64,000 nucleotides of DNA from Sphyrna mokarran. Lineage: Eukaryota. Shown here one piece after another: positions 1 through 13,348 of this stretch; positions within the stretch are counted from its first letter, which is position 1; each line of letters starts with the position of its first letter. Where the stretch lies: contig JAGIQG010000043.1 in NCBI GenBank assembly GCA_024679065.1, forward strand, positions 1,116,001-1,180,000, in the 5' to 3' direction. The notes below the pieces were generated by a model, which saw only the letters and a program-made list of their open reading frames with translations, was not told the origin of the DNA and did not search any database. The position numbers and the translations under genes are program-made.

Positions 1-253
1 CCTGTCAAGCCTCAATCTCCACTTATTTTACAGAAACTGGCTTCACTCTATTCAATATTCCCTGATATTTTGGAGCTATCAGTTTTGCTAGAACATTTGG
101 GAAATCCTTAGAATAACGTTCCAATTGTTTCTTTAACCTCACCGGATTTTGAAGAACCGTGCTTTGCTCTCCAAGTTTGACTTAACTACTCTGAGTAGAT
201 ACCTATGGTATTTAGCAAAGCATGTTCAGCTACGCCAGCACATTGACAATTAA

Positions 254-266
254 TAAACAGGAAAAC
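254..266 (+). promoter_or_regulatory. Candidate FOX:ETS composite TAAACAGGAAAAC, conserved upstream of A2 (62959-62971 -)
   Basis: Identical 13-mer 165 and 177 bp upstream of the two type-A ATGs in otherwise diverged flanks; AACCACA (RUNX) nearby in both. Confidence 0.4.
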
Positions 267-430
267 GACAGACAGCTGTCTGCCTTGGTGCATTTTTTCA
301 ACCACAATCGCATGTTTATTAACACACACAGGACGGAAATTTCACACTCCCTCACGCAGAGAGAAAAAGAGCGAGTTTTCAGTGAGATTCGGACCGGGGA
401 CTCAGAGTCTCGCCGTTTGGGTCAAGGGCA

Positions 431-3400
431 ATGAGTTTCCTCGGCATCTGCGCATTGTTCCATCTGTTCCAAGGTGAGATATCCTCATTATATTCAGATA
501 GAGTGGAGAAGAATTTAAATTTGCTCATTAACAGTGAACAGTTTCCAATTCAAGTTTAGTTAATAACCATAGGAAAAAAATATGGAAGATGATCGATAAT
601 TGTAAGGAGGGGGTACTGAACGCATTTTTCTTTAATGCATTGAGTTGTTATCATCTGGACGTCCTTTCTGAAAGGTGGTGAAAGCAGATTCAATAGAAAC
701 TTTAAAAATTGGGGGATTGGTGAAATGAATCAAGGGACCAAGATTAGTTGTGATATTATGGGAAAGAAGAGGGAGAGTGACCAATTGAACAAAGAACAAA
801 ACAACACGGGAAACAAGCCCTTCGGCCCAACGACCCGCGCCACCACCTCGATGTTCCCACTTCTACACACGATCCCTGTCCATGTTTATAGATCTATGGA
901 TTAAAAACCAAATTTAATACAATTTAGGGAGAATTTGTTTTGCCAATTAGCCTCAGAGCACATCTTTGGGATGTGGGAGGAAACCGGAGCGCCCGGAGAA
1001 AACCCACGCAAGTACGGGGAGAATGCGCAAACTCCCACAGACACAGGCCCAAATCCATGTATCTACACAGCAGAGACATAGTCACTGAGCTGTCGTGTTT
1101 CCCATCAGATAGTCCAGATCATTGTTATCAAATAAGTCATTTGGCTTCATTTACACTATTGCGGAGCGGGTGGGTGTTGTTGTCTTTTAACTGACATTCT
1201 AAACACTTGAAGAAAAGTCAAGAGTCCGAAGTCAGCAGAGAAAAAAAAAAGGTCAACATGTGTTGGATGGGACAAAATAGCAGTGTATTCTGAAGTACTT
1301 CAATATATTTAATCCTTACTGTTCCCATATATGAACTTAAATGTTTACAATAGATTTTCTGGTGAATAGTCTTAGTTTGCTCACTGAAGAAAACAGCGCA
1401 AACAACACAATAGTGAGCGCGATTTTAAGTGTTCCTGTGCTGGGCACCTCGTCTTTTTTATCGTTGTTTCTCGATTTGTCACTACATTGGTATTTATTTG
1501 ACGAGGGCTGTTTTCAGGCAGGACAACTTATAATGACTCTTGTTCTTTCTCTCTCTCCTTCTCAGTCATATTATCTCATTCTATCTTGTCCCAGTCTCCA
1601 TCGGTTGAGACACTTCATGAGGGGCGCCCTGTTAAGCTGAACTGCTATGTCCGGGAGTCAGGAGCTACTGGAGTCTATTGGTATACGCAATCGCAGCGAA
1701 ACAAAATAAAATTGGTTCCCATTCATGACAAGTACGTCGAGGAAAACCAAGCCTTGTCAACAATGAATTCTGAAACAGTGGCTGTGTATTCACTGCTGAT
1801 TACAGATACGCGGAGAAATGATTCTGGGGTGTATTACTGTGCAATCCGCCATCTGAAAAAGGGACCACTGGTATTCGGAAATGGATCCAAGTTAATAATT
1901 AGAGGTAATTTTTGTCACTCTTCCCTTGAAGTAAACATTTCAATCGCAATTGAAACGCGTCCTGGTCTATCTGTTAATGGGCTCTCTCTGTTTTGCCGAA
2001 TACAGCGGATTCTCCCACCGTAACCCTCCTCACCCCGCCACAGCATCAGATTCCCGTCATGGAAAGGGTCCCGTTGCTGTGTTTGATCAGAGGATTGTCC
2101 CCTGATTCCATTTCTGTCCGCTGGGATGTTTCTGGGCGGGATACCACGGGACTGACCGATTCGGGGGCAATAGAACCGGACGGCACCTACACCTTCAGCA
2201 GTTACATCAGTCCCCCGGCGGAAACTTGGAGAAGCGGCGCTCGCTGCACTTGCGCCCTTCAGATCAACCCCGAAGAAAGTATTTTCAGCAAAAGTGTCTC
2301 ATCTCAGAAAGGTAGCTATTCACAATGTCCTAATAAACCCACCGATTTAATGCGAATGTCAGACTTTCTGCAGAGCTGTCTAATGGAATAACATGCCCCT
2401 TTCTCCACTGTATTTCCACGTAAATCCAAAACATTTTTGACTGTCTCAAATCTCTCATTTGGTTTGAGTTCAGTCTGTTGAAAATTTAATCTGCCCTTTA
2501 TCAGAGAACTGTTCATGTTTAGTATTGAGATAGAATTAGCCATTTGTATAAATTGCCAGAGAAGCATCGAAAAGTGGACTGCCTTCTCCCTGCTCCAATT
2601 TCCCATTTCTATGTATGGCTCCACCGTGTTGATATGGGATCACTTATTATTTTCACATGTAATGGGATACAGTGAAACATTTTGATCTAAGCGCATTACA
2701 AAGACAAAACATACCACTGATAGAACACATGGATTCGCTTTGCTTTGATTATTGTCATATGTATTTGGGATGCAGTGAAAAAACACATTTTCTTGCGCTG
2801 TGCCGATAAGACATAAAGTTCACAGAGTGCATAGATTTTATCTATTATTCTCATATGTTTTTAGGTACAGTGAAAAGCATTGTTTCATGCGCGTGACACA
2901 GAAACAAAAAAAAAACACACACCATGACAGGGTACATAGAGTTGAGTTAATTTGATTTTGTTATTGTCCCATTTATTGAGCCACATTGAAAAGTATATTT
3001 TCTTATACAAACAAAAATTATACCGTTCGTAGAGTTCTTAGATTTGATTTATTACACTCATATGTATGGGATTGAGTGAAAGGTGTTGTTTCTTGCACGG
3101 TGCACAGGCAAAATTTACCATTTACATCGTCATGTGGGAGAAAGAAAGGAATAGCAGCATCATGTAACATATAATGCCACATACAACACTACAGTCGTAT
3201 ATGAAGATTTCTAGGAAGTATGAGAGATTTAGAGTTAAGTTTTAAAAGAATAGCACGAAAGTCAATGACAGAAGTAATGGGTATTCCGGGGGCAGTTGGC
3301 AAGAAACAGCCATGCTCCAGCGGCATCTGGAAAAGGGTTGGAAGTCGGTGGCCCATGATGCCGTGGGTTGAAATGAAATGTGTGATTCCATTTTCATCGC

Positions 3401-6400
3401 ATAACGTTATCAAATCATACCTATATGTAATGACTGATACAATCTTTCGTCTCTACTTCGAACTATCACAGTTGAACAAAGCAGCACATACCATTTGATG
3501 TATCTGTCCGTTTGCTTAACTTAGCGTTATTCATCTTCTCTCTCCCTCTATTATTCGGTTCATGTTGTTTATGTATAATAATCTGTTATTTCTGGGGCAG
3601 AGTGGCTGGAAATGTTGGTGGCTGAGTGTGATTTTTTTTCAATTTGTTTTTTTTTCCTCTCTCTTTTTGAGTGCTTTTTGCTGCTGTAGTTAGTCCTGGG
3701 GCTAGTTGGGAAGGGCACCGGGAGTATAAAAAGGAAGTGGCAGTAGACAGCGGGCAGCGTCGGGAGCGGGTAGCGGAGTGAATAGGGCAGCAGGGTGAGA
3801 TATAAGGGCTTAGGCGAGAGCAGGCTTAGGCACAGTGTGCTACTGGGTTTCCACTGGAATTCACACCTCCACAGGTGTCCAAGACAACGGCAGGGAAGAC
3901 GCCTCACCTGTTGTACGGTGTCACATGTGGGAGTTCCTGGAAGCGAGACTTCTCCCAAAAGTCCACGTATGTGTCAAGTGTTTGGAGCTGCAGCGTCTAA
4001 AGGGTTCGGGTCAAGCAACTGGAGCGCCAGTTGGAAGATGCATTTTTAGTCAGGGAGAACGAAGCAATCATGGAAGGGAGGCAGAGTAGGGTGGCAGATC
4101 CGGAGCCTAAGAGATGGGGGCGGGGAACCTGACCCTTCCAGGTGGATTACTGTCAGGAAGGGCTAAAAGGAGAGGGGACACAGTCCAAAGACTTCCCCAG
4201 TGGCAGCCCCCCAAATGTCGAGGGCGGAGGGTTAAAAAAGGCAAGGCACGAGGACCAGAGTACCTCAAAGGGGAGGAAAGGGGCTAAAAGGGAGGTAATG
4301 GTGGGGGATGGGAGGGTTACAGGAATAGATAGACGCTTCTGTGGTTCAAGGCGGGACTCCAGGATGGTAATTTGCTTCACTGGAGCAGGGGTGCAAGATG
4401 TGTCAGACAGGGTAGAGGGCATTTTGAAGGGTGAGGGGACCCAGGCGGATGTGATTATTCACGTAGGAGAGAAGATGTCGGAAGAAAGAGCATGGAGGAT
4501 ATAAGAAGGCAGTTCAGGTAGTTGGGAGATAGGTTGAAGAGCAGGGCCTCGAAGATCTCAGGACTGCTTCCAGGCGCCGGTAATAGTGGAGCCAGGAGAA
4601 ATGAGATCCTACAGCTGAATGCGTGGCTGAAGGACTGGAGTAGGGCAGAGAGTTTCGTATTTGTGGATAACTGGGAATTCTTTGTGAAAGAAGGGCACCT
4701 GTATGGAAGGGATGGGGAACACTTGAATGGGAAGGGTGTGAATATCTTAGCTGGGAGGTTAGCTGTGTTTCGGCAGGATTTAAACTAATATGGAGGGGGG
4801 GAGGGGACGACACCGATATCTCGGTAGAGAGCGAGATGGGAGATTGAGTAAGCTTGGATGAGAAGAGGTGCACCGGGGAGAAGGAGGTTCCGAGTGGTCT
4901 TGGAGGTCTGGATTGTGTCTGCTTCAATGTGAGGAGCGTAACGGGAAAAACGGATGAACTTAGGGCCTTAATGTTTGCGAGGAGCTTGGATGTGGTTGCA
5001 GTGACAGAGACGTGGTTAAAGGAAGGGGAGCAGTGGCAACTGAACATTCCTGGGTATAAATGTTTCAGGCGTGACAGAGGAGGGTCCAGAATAGGTGGGC
5101 GAGTGGCGTTGTTAGTTAAAGAGAGCATCACAGCAGTGCAGAGGGAGGACAATACAGAGGAGTTAGGAGTGGAGTCGCTGTGGATGGAGTTGAGGAATAG
5201 AAAGGGGACAATTACTATGCTAGAGGTGTATTATAGGCCACCCAACAGCCCATGGGGGAATGAAGAAGGCATATGTAGAGACATTTTGGATAGGTGCAGA
5301 AAGAACAGAGTAGTTACAGTGGGAGATTTTAATCTCCCTAGGGTGGATTGGAAAGTACTTAGAGCTGGGGGTTTGGATGTGCAGGAATTTGTAAAATGTG
5401 TCCTGGAAGGAGCGTTGGAACAGTATGTGGCTAGCCCGACTAGAGAAGGAGCTCTCTTGGATTTAGTTCTGAGTAATGATCCAGGGCAGGTGGTTGATGT
5501 TGTAGTAGGGGAACATGTGGGTAACAGTGACCACAATTCTGTCTACTTTAGAATTCAGATGGAAAAGGATGCTTGTTGCCCCAGGGGGAGGGTGCTGAAT
5601 TGGGGGAAGGCTAACTACGGTCGGATTAGGCAGGAACTTAGGGAAACTGAATGGGAACGGTTGTTTGAGGGTAAGTCCACACTAGGCATGTGGGACTCTT
5701 TCAAGGGAATACTGAAAATGTTGCAAGATAAGTATGTGCCGGCCAAGAGGAAAGATGGGAAAGGTAGTATTAGAGAGCCGTGGATTACTAGGGATATTGA
5801 GGACTTGGTTAGGAAGAAAAGTGAAGCGTATGATAGGTCGAAGCAGCTGAGAACTGAGACAGTATTGAAAGAATATAGAGAGAGTAGGAGGGAGCTCAAA
5901 CAAGGAGTTAGAAGGGCAAAAAGGGGGCATGAAATGATTTTGGCTGTTAGGATTAAGGAAAACCCAAAGGCTTTTTATTCCTATGTCAGGAATAAAAGGG
6001 TGGTTAGAGGAAAAATCGGACCTCTTAGGCACAGAGGGGAACTGAGATTAGAGCCCGAGGGAATGGCGGAGATTCTGGATGAATACTTTGCGTCGGTATT
6101 CACGAAGGAGAGGGGCTTGTTGACAGCTCCTATCTCTGAGGGAGCTGTGGACCAGTTAAGGGAAATATCCATACCGAGGGAGGAAGTGTTAGAGCTTCTA
6201 GGTAGCATTAAAACTGATAAATCTCCTGGGCCTGATATCATTTATCCTAGACTGCTTAGGGAGGTGCGAGGTGAAATTGCTGGTCCTCTTACTCAAATCT
6301 TTGTCTCTTCCTTGGAGACAGGTGAGGTCCCAGTGGACTGGAGAATAGCTAATGTGGAACCATTGTTTAAAAAGGGTAGTAAGGATAACCCTGGAAATTA

Positions 6401-9400
6401 TAGGCTGGTGAGTTTGACATCAGTGGTAGGGAAGCTGTTGGAGGGGATTCTTAGAGGTAGGATGTATAGACACCCCGAGCGTTGCGATCTGATTAGGGAT
6501 ACGCAGCATGGATTTGTTAAGGGGAGGCCGTGCCTTACAAATCTGATAGAATTTTTTGAGGAGGTGACGAAATCAGTGGACGAAGGGCGAGCTGTTGATG
6601 TTGTCTATTTGGATTTTAGTAAGGCGTTTGACAAAGTCCCTCATGGGAGCTTAGTCGAGAAGGTCAATGCAAATGGGATACAAGGACAGGTAGCTAGATG
6701 GATAAGTAACTGGCTTGGTAATAGGAGACAGAGAGTAATAGTGGAAGGGTGTTGCTCTAGCTGGAGGTTGCTCACTAATGGTGTGCCGCAGGGCTCGGTA
6801 CTGGTACCTCTTCTATTTGTAATATATATAAATGACTTGGAAGAGGGAGTAAGTGGAGTGATCATCAAGTTTGCAGACGATACAAAGATGACTAGACTTG
6901 CGGGTAGTGAGGAGCATTGTCAGGCGATACAGCAGGACATAGATATGCTGGTAGCTTGGGCAGACAGATGGCGGATGGAATTCAATCCTGATAAATGTGA
7001 GGTGATGCATTTCGGGAGAAAGAATGTAGGGGGGGAGGTTTATGAAAAAGGGTAGACCTGTTAAGAGTATAGAAGCGCAGAGGGACCTGGGAGTGCAGGT
7101 GAACAAGTCTCTGAAGGTGGCAGAGCAAGTGGAGAAGGTTGTGAAGAAAGCATATAGTATGTTAGCGTTTATAGGAAGGCGTATAGAGTACAAGAGCTGG
7201 CCTTTAATGTTTCAGTTGTATAAAACGCTGGTTAAACCTCATTTGGAATACTGCGTCCAGATATAGAACATAGAACATTACAGCGCAGTACAGGCCCTTC
7301 GGCCCTCGATGTTGCGCCGGCCAGTGGACCCTCTAACCTAAACTATTCCAATATCATCCATATGCCTAGCCACCGAACATTTGAATGCCCCCAAAGTAGG
7401 CGAGTCCACAACTGCTGCAGGCAGGGCATTCCACGCCCTCACCACCCTCTGTGTAAAGAACCTGCCTCTGACATCCGTCCTATAACTACCACCTCTTAAT
7501 TTAAAGTTATGTCCCCTCGTGTTGGTCATCACCATCCGAGGAAAAAAGGCTCTCACTATCCACCCTATCCAATCCCTTGATCATCTTATACGCCTCAATT
7601 AGGTCACCACGTAACCTTCTTCTCTCTAATGAAAATAACCTCAGGTCCCTCAGCCTTTCCTCATAAGGCCTTCCCATCATACAGGCAACATCCTGGCAAA
7701 CCTCCTCTGCACCCTTTCCAATGCTTCCACATCTTTCTTATAATGCGGCGACCAGAACTGTATGCAATACTCCAAGTGCGGCTGCACCAGAGTTTTGTAC
7801 AGTTGTAACATAACCTCACAGCTCCTAAATTCAATCCCTCTACCAATAAAAGCTAACACACCGTACGCCTTCTTAACAACTTTATCAACCTGGGTGTCAA
7901 CTTTCAAAGAGCTATGTAATTATACCCCAAGATCCCTCTGCTCGACAACACTATTAAGGGTCCTTCCATTAGCCCTATATTTCATATGCAAGGTAATCCT
8001 GCCGAAACCCGGGAAACCCGGGAGATATGGTCGCCTTACTACCGGAAGGACGTGAAGACTCTGGAGACAGTGCAGAGGAGGTTGACCAGGATGCTGCCTG
8101 GTATGGAAGGTCTGAATTATGAGGAGAGATTAGGCAAATTGAGACTGTTTTCCTTAGAAAGGCGTAGACTTAGAGGAGATCTGATAGAGGTGTACAAGAT
8201 TTTGAAGGGGATTGATAGAGTAAACAGGGTTAAGCTTTTTCCTAGGATGCACTCAAATAGCACGAGGGGTCACGGGCTTAGGATGAGGGGTTTAAGGTAT
8301 AATTTGGATGCTAGAGGGAGATTTTTCACTCAGAAGGTGATAGGGTATGGAATGCGCTGCCAAGTGAAGTGGTGGAGGCAGGTACTCTGGAGTTATTTAA
8401 GAAGTACTTAGATGGGCACATGAACAGAATGGGAATGTAGGGGTATAGAAAACTGATTTAAAATAGGAATCGTGAGCCTTGGGAGTCCCTGGGAAGTGTG
8501 TAAATAGATGATGATATTGATGTATTTGTTTTTATCCTACAGGTGCTTTGGTCCACCTTGTTGTCTAACAAGGGGCATACACGCGATGGGTCGTGAGACC
8601 CATCTGCTCTTGGATCTTTTTCGAGAGTATCCTACTGCTTCACGTTGTTAGTGTATGCTGGACCTGGACCATCTGATGGACAACACGACAGCTCAGTGAC
8701 TATCGCTGTGCTGTGCAGATACATGGATTTGGGCCTGTGTCTGTGGGAGTTTGCACATTCTCCCCGTGCTTGCGTGGGTTTTCTCCGGGTGCTCCCGTTT
8801 CCTCCCACATCCCAAAGATGTACTCTTAGGCTAATTGGCAAAACAATTTCTCCCTAAATTGTCTCAAATTTGGATTTTAATCCATAGATTTATAAACATG
8901 GACAGGGATCGCGGGTAGAGATGGAAACATCGGGGTGGCAGTGCGGGCTCGTTGGGCCGAAGTGCCTGTTTCCTGTGCTGTTTTGGTCTTCGTTCTTTGA
9001 CTCCCTGCATATCATTCCCTCTCTTTTTTTCTCTTTTCTCACCATTTCTCTAATCTCCCTGTTTAGCCCAGTATTAAATTCTCTGTCTCTCTCCAATCCA
9101 CCCGCCTTTTACTCTTCCTCCTTACAACTCCCGCCCCCCCTTTTCTTCTTTATTCATTCCTGGGACATGGGCTTCGATGTATCTCCAGCATTCATTGCCT
9201 ATCCCTAGTTGGCATAGGACAGTTATGTGCCAACCTCATTCTCTCGTATCTCTTTGTCACTAGCTATTATTTTTTCTCTCGGTCTCTATCTATTGATGTA
9301 TGCAATATACTCACTCTGGCCTGATTCGTCCAGTTAAACAGTGTTGCATTTAAACAGACAGCTATTTGTCTCGATGTATTCTTACTCTCTTTTCATATAT

Positions 9401-11268
9401 CTGTCCTTAACGTGTATCTTCTGTCTGTCCCGTTATGTATATCCAAGTGAAACAATTCTCTATAATGTATCTGCTCTATCGCTCTCCTTTTTCTCGTAAT
9501 TACTCCTTACAAATGTATTTCAAATTGTCTCTCACTGAACGATGATCCTTCGATTTTTGCTCTCCCTCAGTCGCATTCAATCTCTCACTTTCTCTCTCCC
9601 CTGTGTCCTGTTGAAAAAAAAAATGTTCAGCAACTTGTTTGCTTCATCACAGAAAGACAAAACCAACGATCAGCTTTGATCAAATTGTTCAGTTATCTAT
9701 GTTTTCCAAAATTCTAATTGGAGGTGAAAATTATTTTGTTTTTCTTTCTCAGATATTCCGGTAACGACGTTATGCATTGTTTCACTCTCAGGGGGGTTGT
9801 CGGCCGCGGCGCTGCTCCTTCTGGGATTGGTCTGTGTGGTTGGGAGATGGAGCTGCAGGAATCGGCAGAGAGGTAGCGATTGTTCGGAGACTCTAACTCG
9901 GCGGCATCCTCAATCCAGCCATTTATTACTGAATTATTGACACTGTGAATGAAATGCGTGAAATATGGCCATTCAGCCCGATGTTTTTTTTTCTTCTAAA
10001 CAGATAATGCAAGAAGCAATGAGGCCTTGTCAGCTTCCAGATCGCACGTACAGAATGAAAAGGTACATTTTCTTTTCCATATTGCGTGATTATTTTCCCC
10101 TACCATTTCACCCTATATTCAAAGTTCGTAATAGCACTGGAAAGAAGACAAATCTGCCATTCTGGCAGCATTTGTGGAGACGGGAATAGAATATAAAACA
10201 TTATAACATAGTACAGGCCCTTCGGCACTCAATGTTGTGCCGAACTATGTCAATCCCAGATCAAGCTATCGCACTCCCTCTCATTCTGGAGTGCTCCATG
10301 TGCCTATCCAGTAACCGCTTGAAAGTTTCTAAAGTGCCCGACTCCACTGTCACAGCAGGTAGTGCTTTCCAGACCCCAACCACTCTCCAAGTAAATAATC
10401 TACCTCAGACATCCCTCCTGTGTCTCCCACAATGAACTTTGTAGTTCTGCCCTGCAGTAACAACTACATCCACCCGAGGAAATAGTCTCTGAAAGTCCAT
10501 TCCATCAATCCCCCTCATCACCTTCCAAACCTCTATTACATCGTCTCTCATCCCCCTCTGCCCTAAAGAGAAAAGCCACAGCTTTTTCTACCACTCCCTC
10601 TTTGCGAGCCATTGGGATGCTTCTTCAGACCTAATTTAAAACATTAGCCAAATTCCCCATTCCATCCACGTGGGTCGATTTTCCTGCCTAGTTATAAGCA
10701 GCGCACCCCTGTCCGCCTCCCGTAACTCCACAAAGTAGGATGTAGCCCGTTGTTCAAGTTTGTGTCAACTTGGTTTCCCGTCATTTGCACAACTCCGCCG
10801 CCAGGGAACTCGTGGAGTTTTCTTTGGCGTCGGTGGCACTGTAGGACGCCACCATAGCTGGGGGCTGGGGGAAGGGATGGAGTGCAGAGGCCCGCTGGGG
10901 ATATCCCGCCAAGGGAGCAGAATATTAAGTTGGTAGCCAACCACGTCCATTTAGGAACTTCGTTTTTAACACAATGGGAGTCAAATTTTGGAACTCACTC
11001 CCCCGTTAAAACAACAGCTGATCCAGCCAGTTTAACAGTTGGAATTGTGATGGATAGATTTACATGCGGGAGAATATTAAGGATTATTCAAAAATGGCGG
11101 AAGCATATGGGCTAAAATACATGTCAGCCTTAATCTAGCTGAATATAGTGAGGGTCTCAATGGCCTCATCGATCCCTACAATGATGTTGTGGAGTACATT
11201 GACAGATCACTTTTCATCCACAGACTCTTTATGCTGGTCTGGCCTTCAATAACGATCCAACACACTAA
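431..11268 (+). CDS. Gene A1: non-rearranging VJ-C1-TM-cytoplasmic IgSF receptor, ~303 aa; exons 431-473 (leader), 1566-1904 (VJ), 2006-2311 (C1), 9753-9872 (TM), 10004-10062, 11224-11268 (Tyr motif, stop)
   Basis: All introns GT-AG with compatible phases (1,1,1,1,0). Leader [14 protein letters not shown]; V with LNC/WY/DSGVYYC/FGNGSKL; IgL-like C1; [34 protein letters not shown]; tail ending [18 protein letters not shown]; AATAAA at 11559. TM and tail exons conserved in paralog A2. Confidence 0.85.
788..1120 (-). mobile_element. 3' fragment of the V-SINE-tailed CR1 family
   Basis: Matches reverse complement of 8665-9000. Confidence 0.85.
1566..1904 (+). CDS. A1 germline-joined VJ exon (V-set Ig domain)
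   Basis: ORF 1586..2023: C(B strand), [18 protein letters not shown] in one exon; pyrimidine tract + CAG at 1563-1565; GT at 1905. Confidence 0.93.
2006..2311 (+). CDS. A1 C1-set constant exon
   Basis: PTVTLLTPP...LLCLIRG...VRW...DGTYTFSSY...W...CTC resembles Ig light-chain/TCR C1; TACAG acceptor, GT at 2312. Confidence 0.92.
2635..3135. repeat. Degenerate tandem array of ~95-bp units (GATTTGATTTATT...ACAGTGAAAAG...); mirrored at ~59320-59760, related units at ~63340-63560
   Basis: Recurrent 'tacagtgaaaag...tttcttgcg...acaga' motif at ~95-110 bp spacing. Confidence 0.7.
3591..9000 (+). mobile_element. Near full-length CR1-type LINE (degenerate ORF1 with Cys motifs and SGNH esterase; ORF2 APE + RT, frameshifted; long 3' UTR with V-SINE-like segment)
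   Basis: ORF 4854..7055: NVRS/TETW/GDFN/SDH endonuclease motifs and QHGF, DFSKAFD, GVPQGS, FADD RT motifs; ORF1 VMVGD...VIIHVG; absent from arm B. Confidence 0.95.
7265..8007 (-). mobile_element. 5'-truncated CR1 nested in the larger CR1
   Basis: (TAGAACA)n tail on + strand, ORF2 C-terminal peptides on - strand, AGATAT duplicated at 7259-7264 and 8023-8028. Confidence 0.92.
10185..10590 (-). mobile_element. Old CR1 3' fragment shared with arm B (56210-56610)
   Basis: Tail and ggcccttcggc hairpin motif; present in both arms. Confidence 0.75.
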
Positions 11269-12319
11269 CTCGAGAGGAAAGAGAGAACGAGGCAAAAAGA
11301 AGAGTGTGTTTCCTTTATACCTAGTGTAGAAACATTCCTCTTGTTGCACAGTGAATCTTGAAGGTCCAATTGGAGCAAATTCGAACAGATTGGCGGCCCA
11401 ATGCTGTGATGGTGCCCAAAGCGGAAAACATACTCTCCCGTAATATCCGCCATTCTACAATGGAGTATCGCCTGCAGCATAATTTCACCCCTTTATTCTT
11501 CCAATTCCTTATGTCGTTTTCTTACAATTCTGTTCTGCATTGTCTATGGTAAATATGCAATAAACAATTCAAAATGTATCTGTATCCGAGTTACCAATTG
11601 TTCGAAGCAGGTTTGGAATGTAAGCTGCACGATTCGAGTTTCGATTTGGGTTCAACACAAATGCGATGCCGGTAGCTCTTTAGCGAATTATCAGAGGCAT
11701 GTTTGCAGGGAATGTGTGTGCGTTTGGAAATGGGTAAAGAACTGACGAGGCAATCGAGTAATACGTTGCGGATTCATGCTGGATTAATTAAAAACGCACA
11801 GTGAGAGCATTTTTGAATTTGTTGCACAGTAATAATGACGGAACTACATTTATTGCTGAGACAAAGTTACATCCAATTCATGTTCGCTTTGGATAACATC
11901 GCTCAGTGGATTTTGCAGAATGGAATCAGAGAACCTTACCCATCTGCAAAAGAGGAAGTACCTGTCTTGTTTCTGCTGGCTGTTTGAATCTGTACTTTTA
12001 TTCCACATACTATCTATAAAACATGAATATTAGGCTTATTTCTCTTTTATCACCAATTAAAAATATTTTCCTTTTCCCCTATGCATGCTATCAGCAGGAG
12101 ACCATAAGCACTTCTGTGAGGTAGTTTCCGCCATGCTGGAACAATATCTTAACTCCATCCACACAGCTCGCAACCATAAATCTATCCAGTCCCCAAAAAT
12201 CAATCTATCAATTTCCGTTGCGACAGTTTCATTTTAGTCCTAGTCACAGCGGTCAGTTGAAGTTAAGAATTACAGATCCCCCTTTTGCTTTGTTTGAAGA
12301 ATTGTGAACATGTCACATC

Positions 12320-13250
12320 CAGTGGAGTGCTCTAGGGATCTGTTCTAGGACCCTTGCTGTTTGTTATTTCCATAAATGGCCTGGATGAGGAAGTAGAAGG
12401 ATGGGTTAGTAAGTTCGCCGACGATACGAAGATTGGTGATGTTGTGGATAGTCTGGAGGGATGTCAGAATTTGCAGCAAGACATAGATAAAATGCAAGAA
12501 TGTGCGGAGAAGTGGCAGATGGACTTCAATGCAGATAAATGTGTACTGGTCTATTTTAGCAGGAGCAATGGGATGAAGGAGTACAATATGAAGGGTAGGG
12601 GTTTTCGTAGTGTTGAGGAGCATAAGGATCTTGGGGTTCTAGTCCATAGGACCCTTAAATCGGTTTCGCAGTGGACGATGTTGTCAGACGGTGTATGGTG
12701 TACTGGCCTTCCTTAATCGAGGGGTTGAATTGAGAAGTCGGGAGGAAATGCTGCAACTTTATAAGACCCTTGTCAGATCACAACTGGAGTACTGTGCACA
12801 GTTGTGCTCCCCCCACTACAAGAAGGATGTGGAAGCTACTGAGAGGGTGCAGGGGAGATTTACAAGGGTGAAGCCTGGATTGGGTGGCATGCCCTATGAA
12901 GACAGGTTGAGGGAGCTAGGTGTCTTCTCCCTGGAGAGACGAAGGTTGAGAGGCAATCTGATAGAGGTTTATAAAATGTCCAGAGGAATAGATAGGGTGG
13001 ATTGTCGGAGGCTATTTCACAGAGCTGAAATGGTCGCTATGAGAGGGCACAGGTTTAAGTACTGGGCAGCAAGTACAGAGGAGATGTTAGGGGTAATGTT
13101 TTCACTCAGAAGGTGATGAGAGAATGGAGTCGGCTGCCATAGGTGGTGGTGGAGGCGAACTCGCTGGGGTCTTTTAAACAAGTTCTGGATGAGTACATAG
13201 GATTAAATGGGATTGGGAATTACAGATAGTTCTATGGCCTAATAGGTATT
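12320..13250 (+). mobile_element. CR1 RT/3' fragment
   Basis: ORFs 12354 and 12691 (FADDTK, LEYC, ERRRLRG). Confidence 0.9.
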
Positions 13251-13348
13251 AAATGCACAAACTCCATTATCAATTCTCCCAACTTGTCTCCCAACCCGCA
13301 GCCGCTACACCCAACCACGTCCATCTGAATTTTCTTGACGTAGCCTAC

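Noticed and set aside
940-1194. Recurrent short ORFs '[17 protein letters not shown]...'
   Set aside because: Antisense translations of the V-SINE-like repeat.
1835-1841. TACTGTG heptamer-like site at the end of the A1 V region (and CACTGTG at 28274) as RSS
   Set aside because: No convincing nonamer at 12/23 spacing; the first is simply Tyr-Cys-Ala codons.
1566-2311. Germline-joined shark Ig light chain or a TCR chain
   Set aside because: C1 ends in a splice donor leading to a TM and Tyr tail; no terminal IgL Cys, no basic TM residue, very short V-C intron.
11919-11957. Candidate exon NGIREPYPSAKEE
   Set aside because: The arm B copy has an in-frame TGA and no donor; it lies downstream of the A1 polyA signal.
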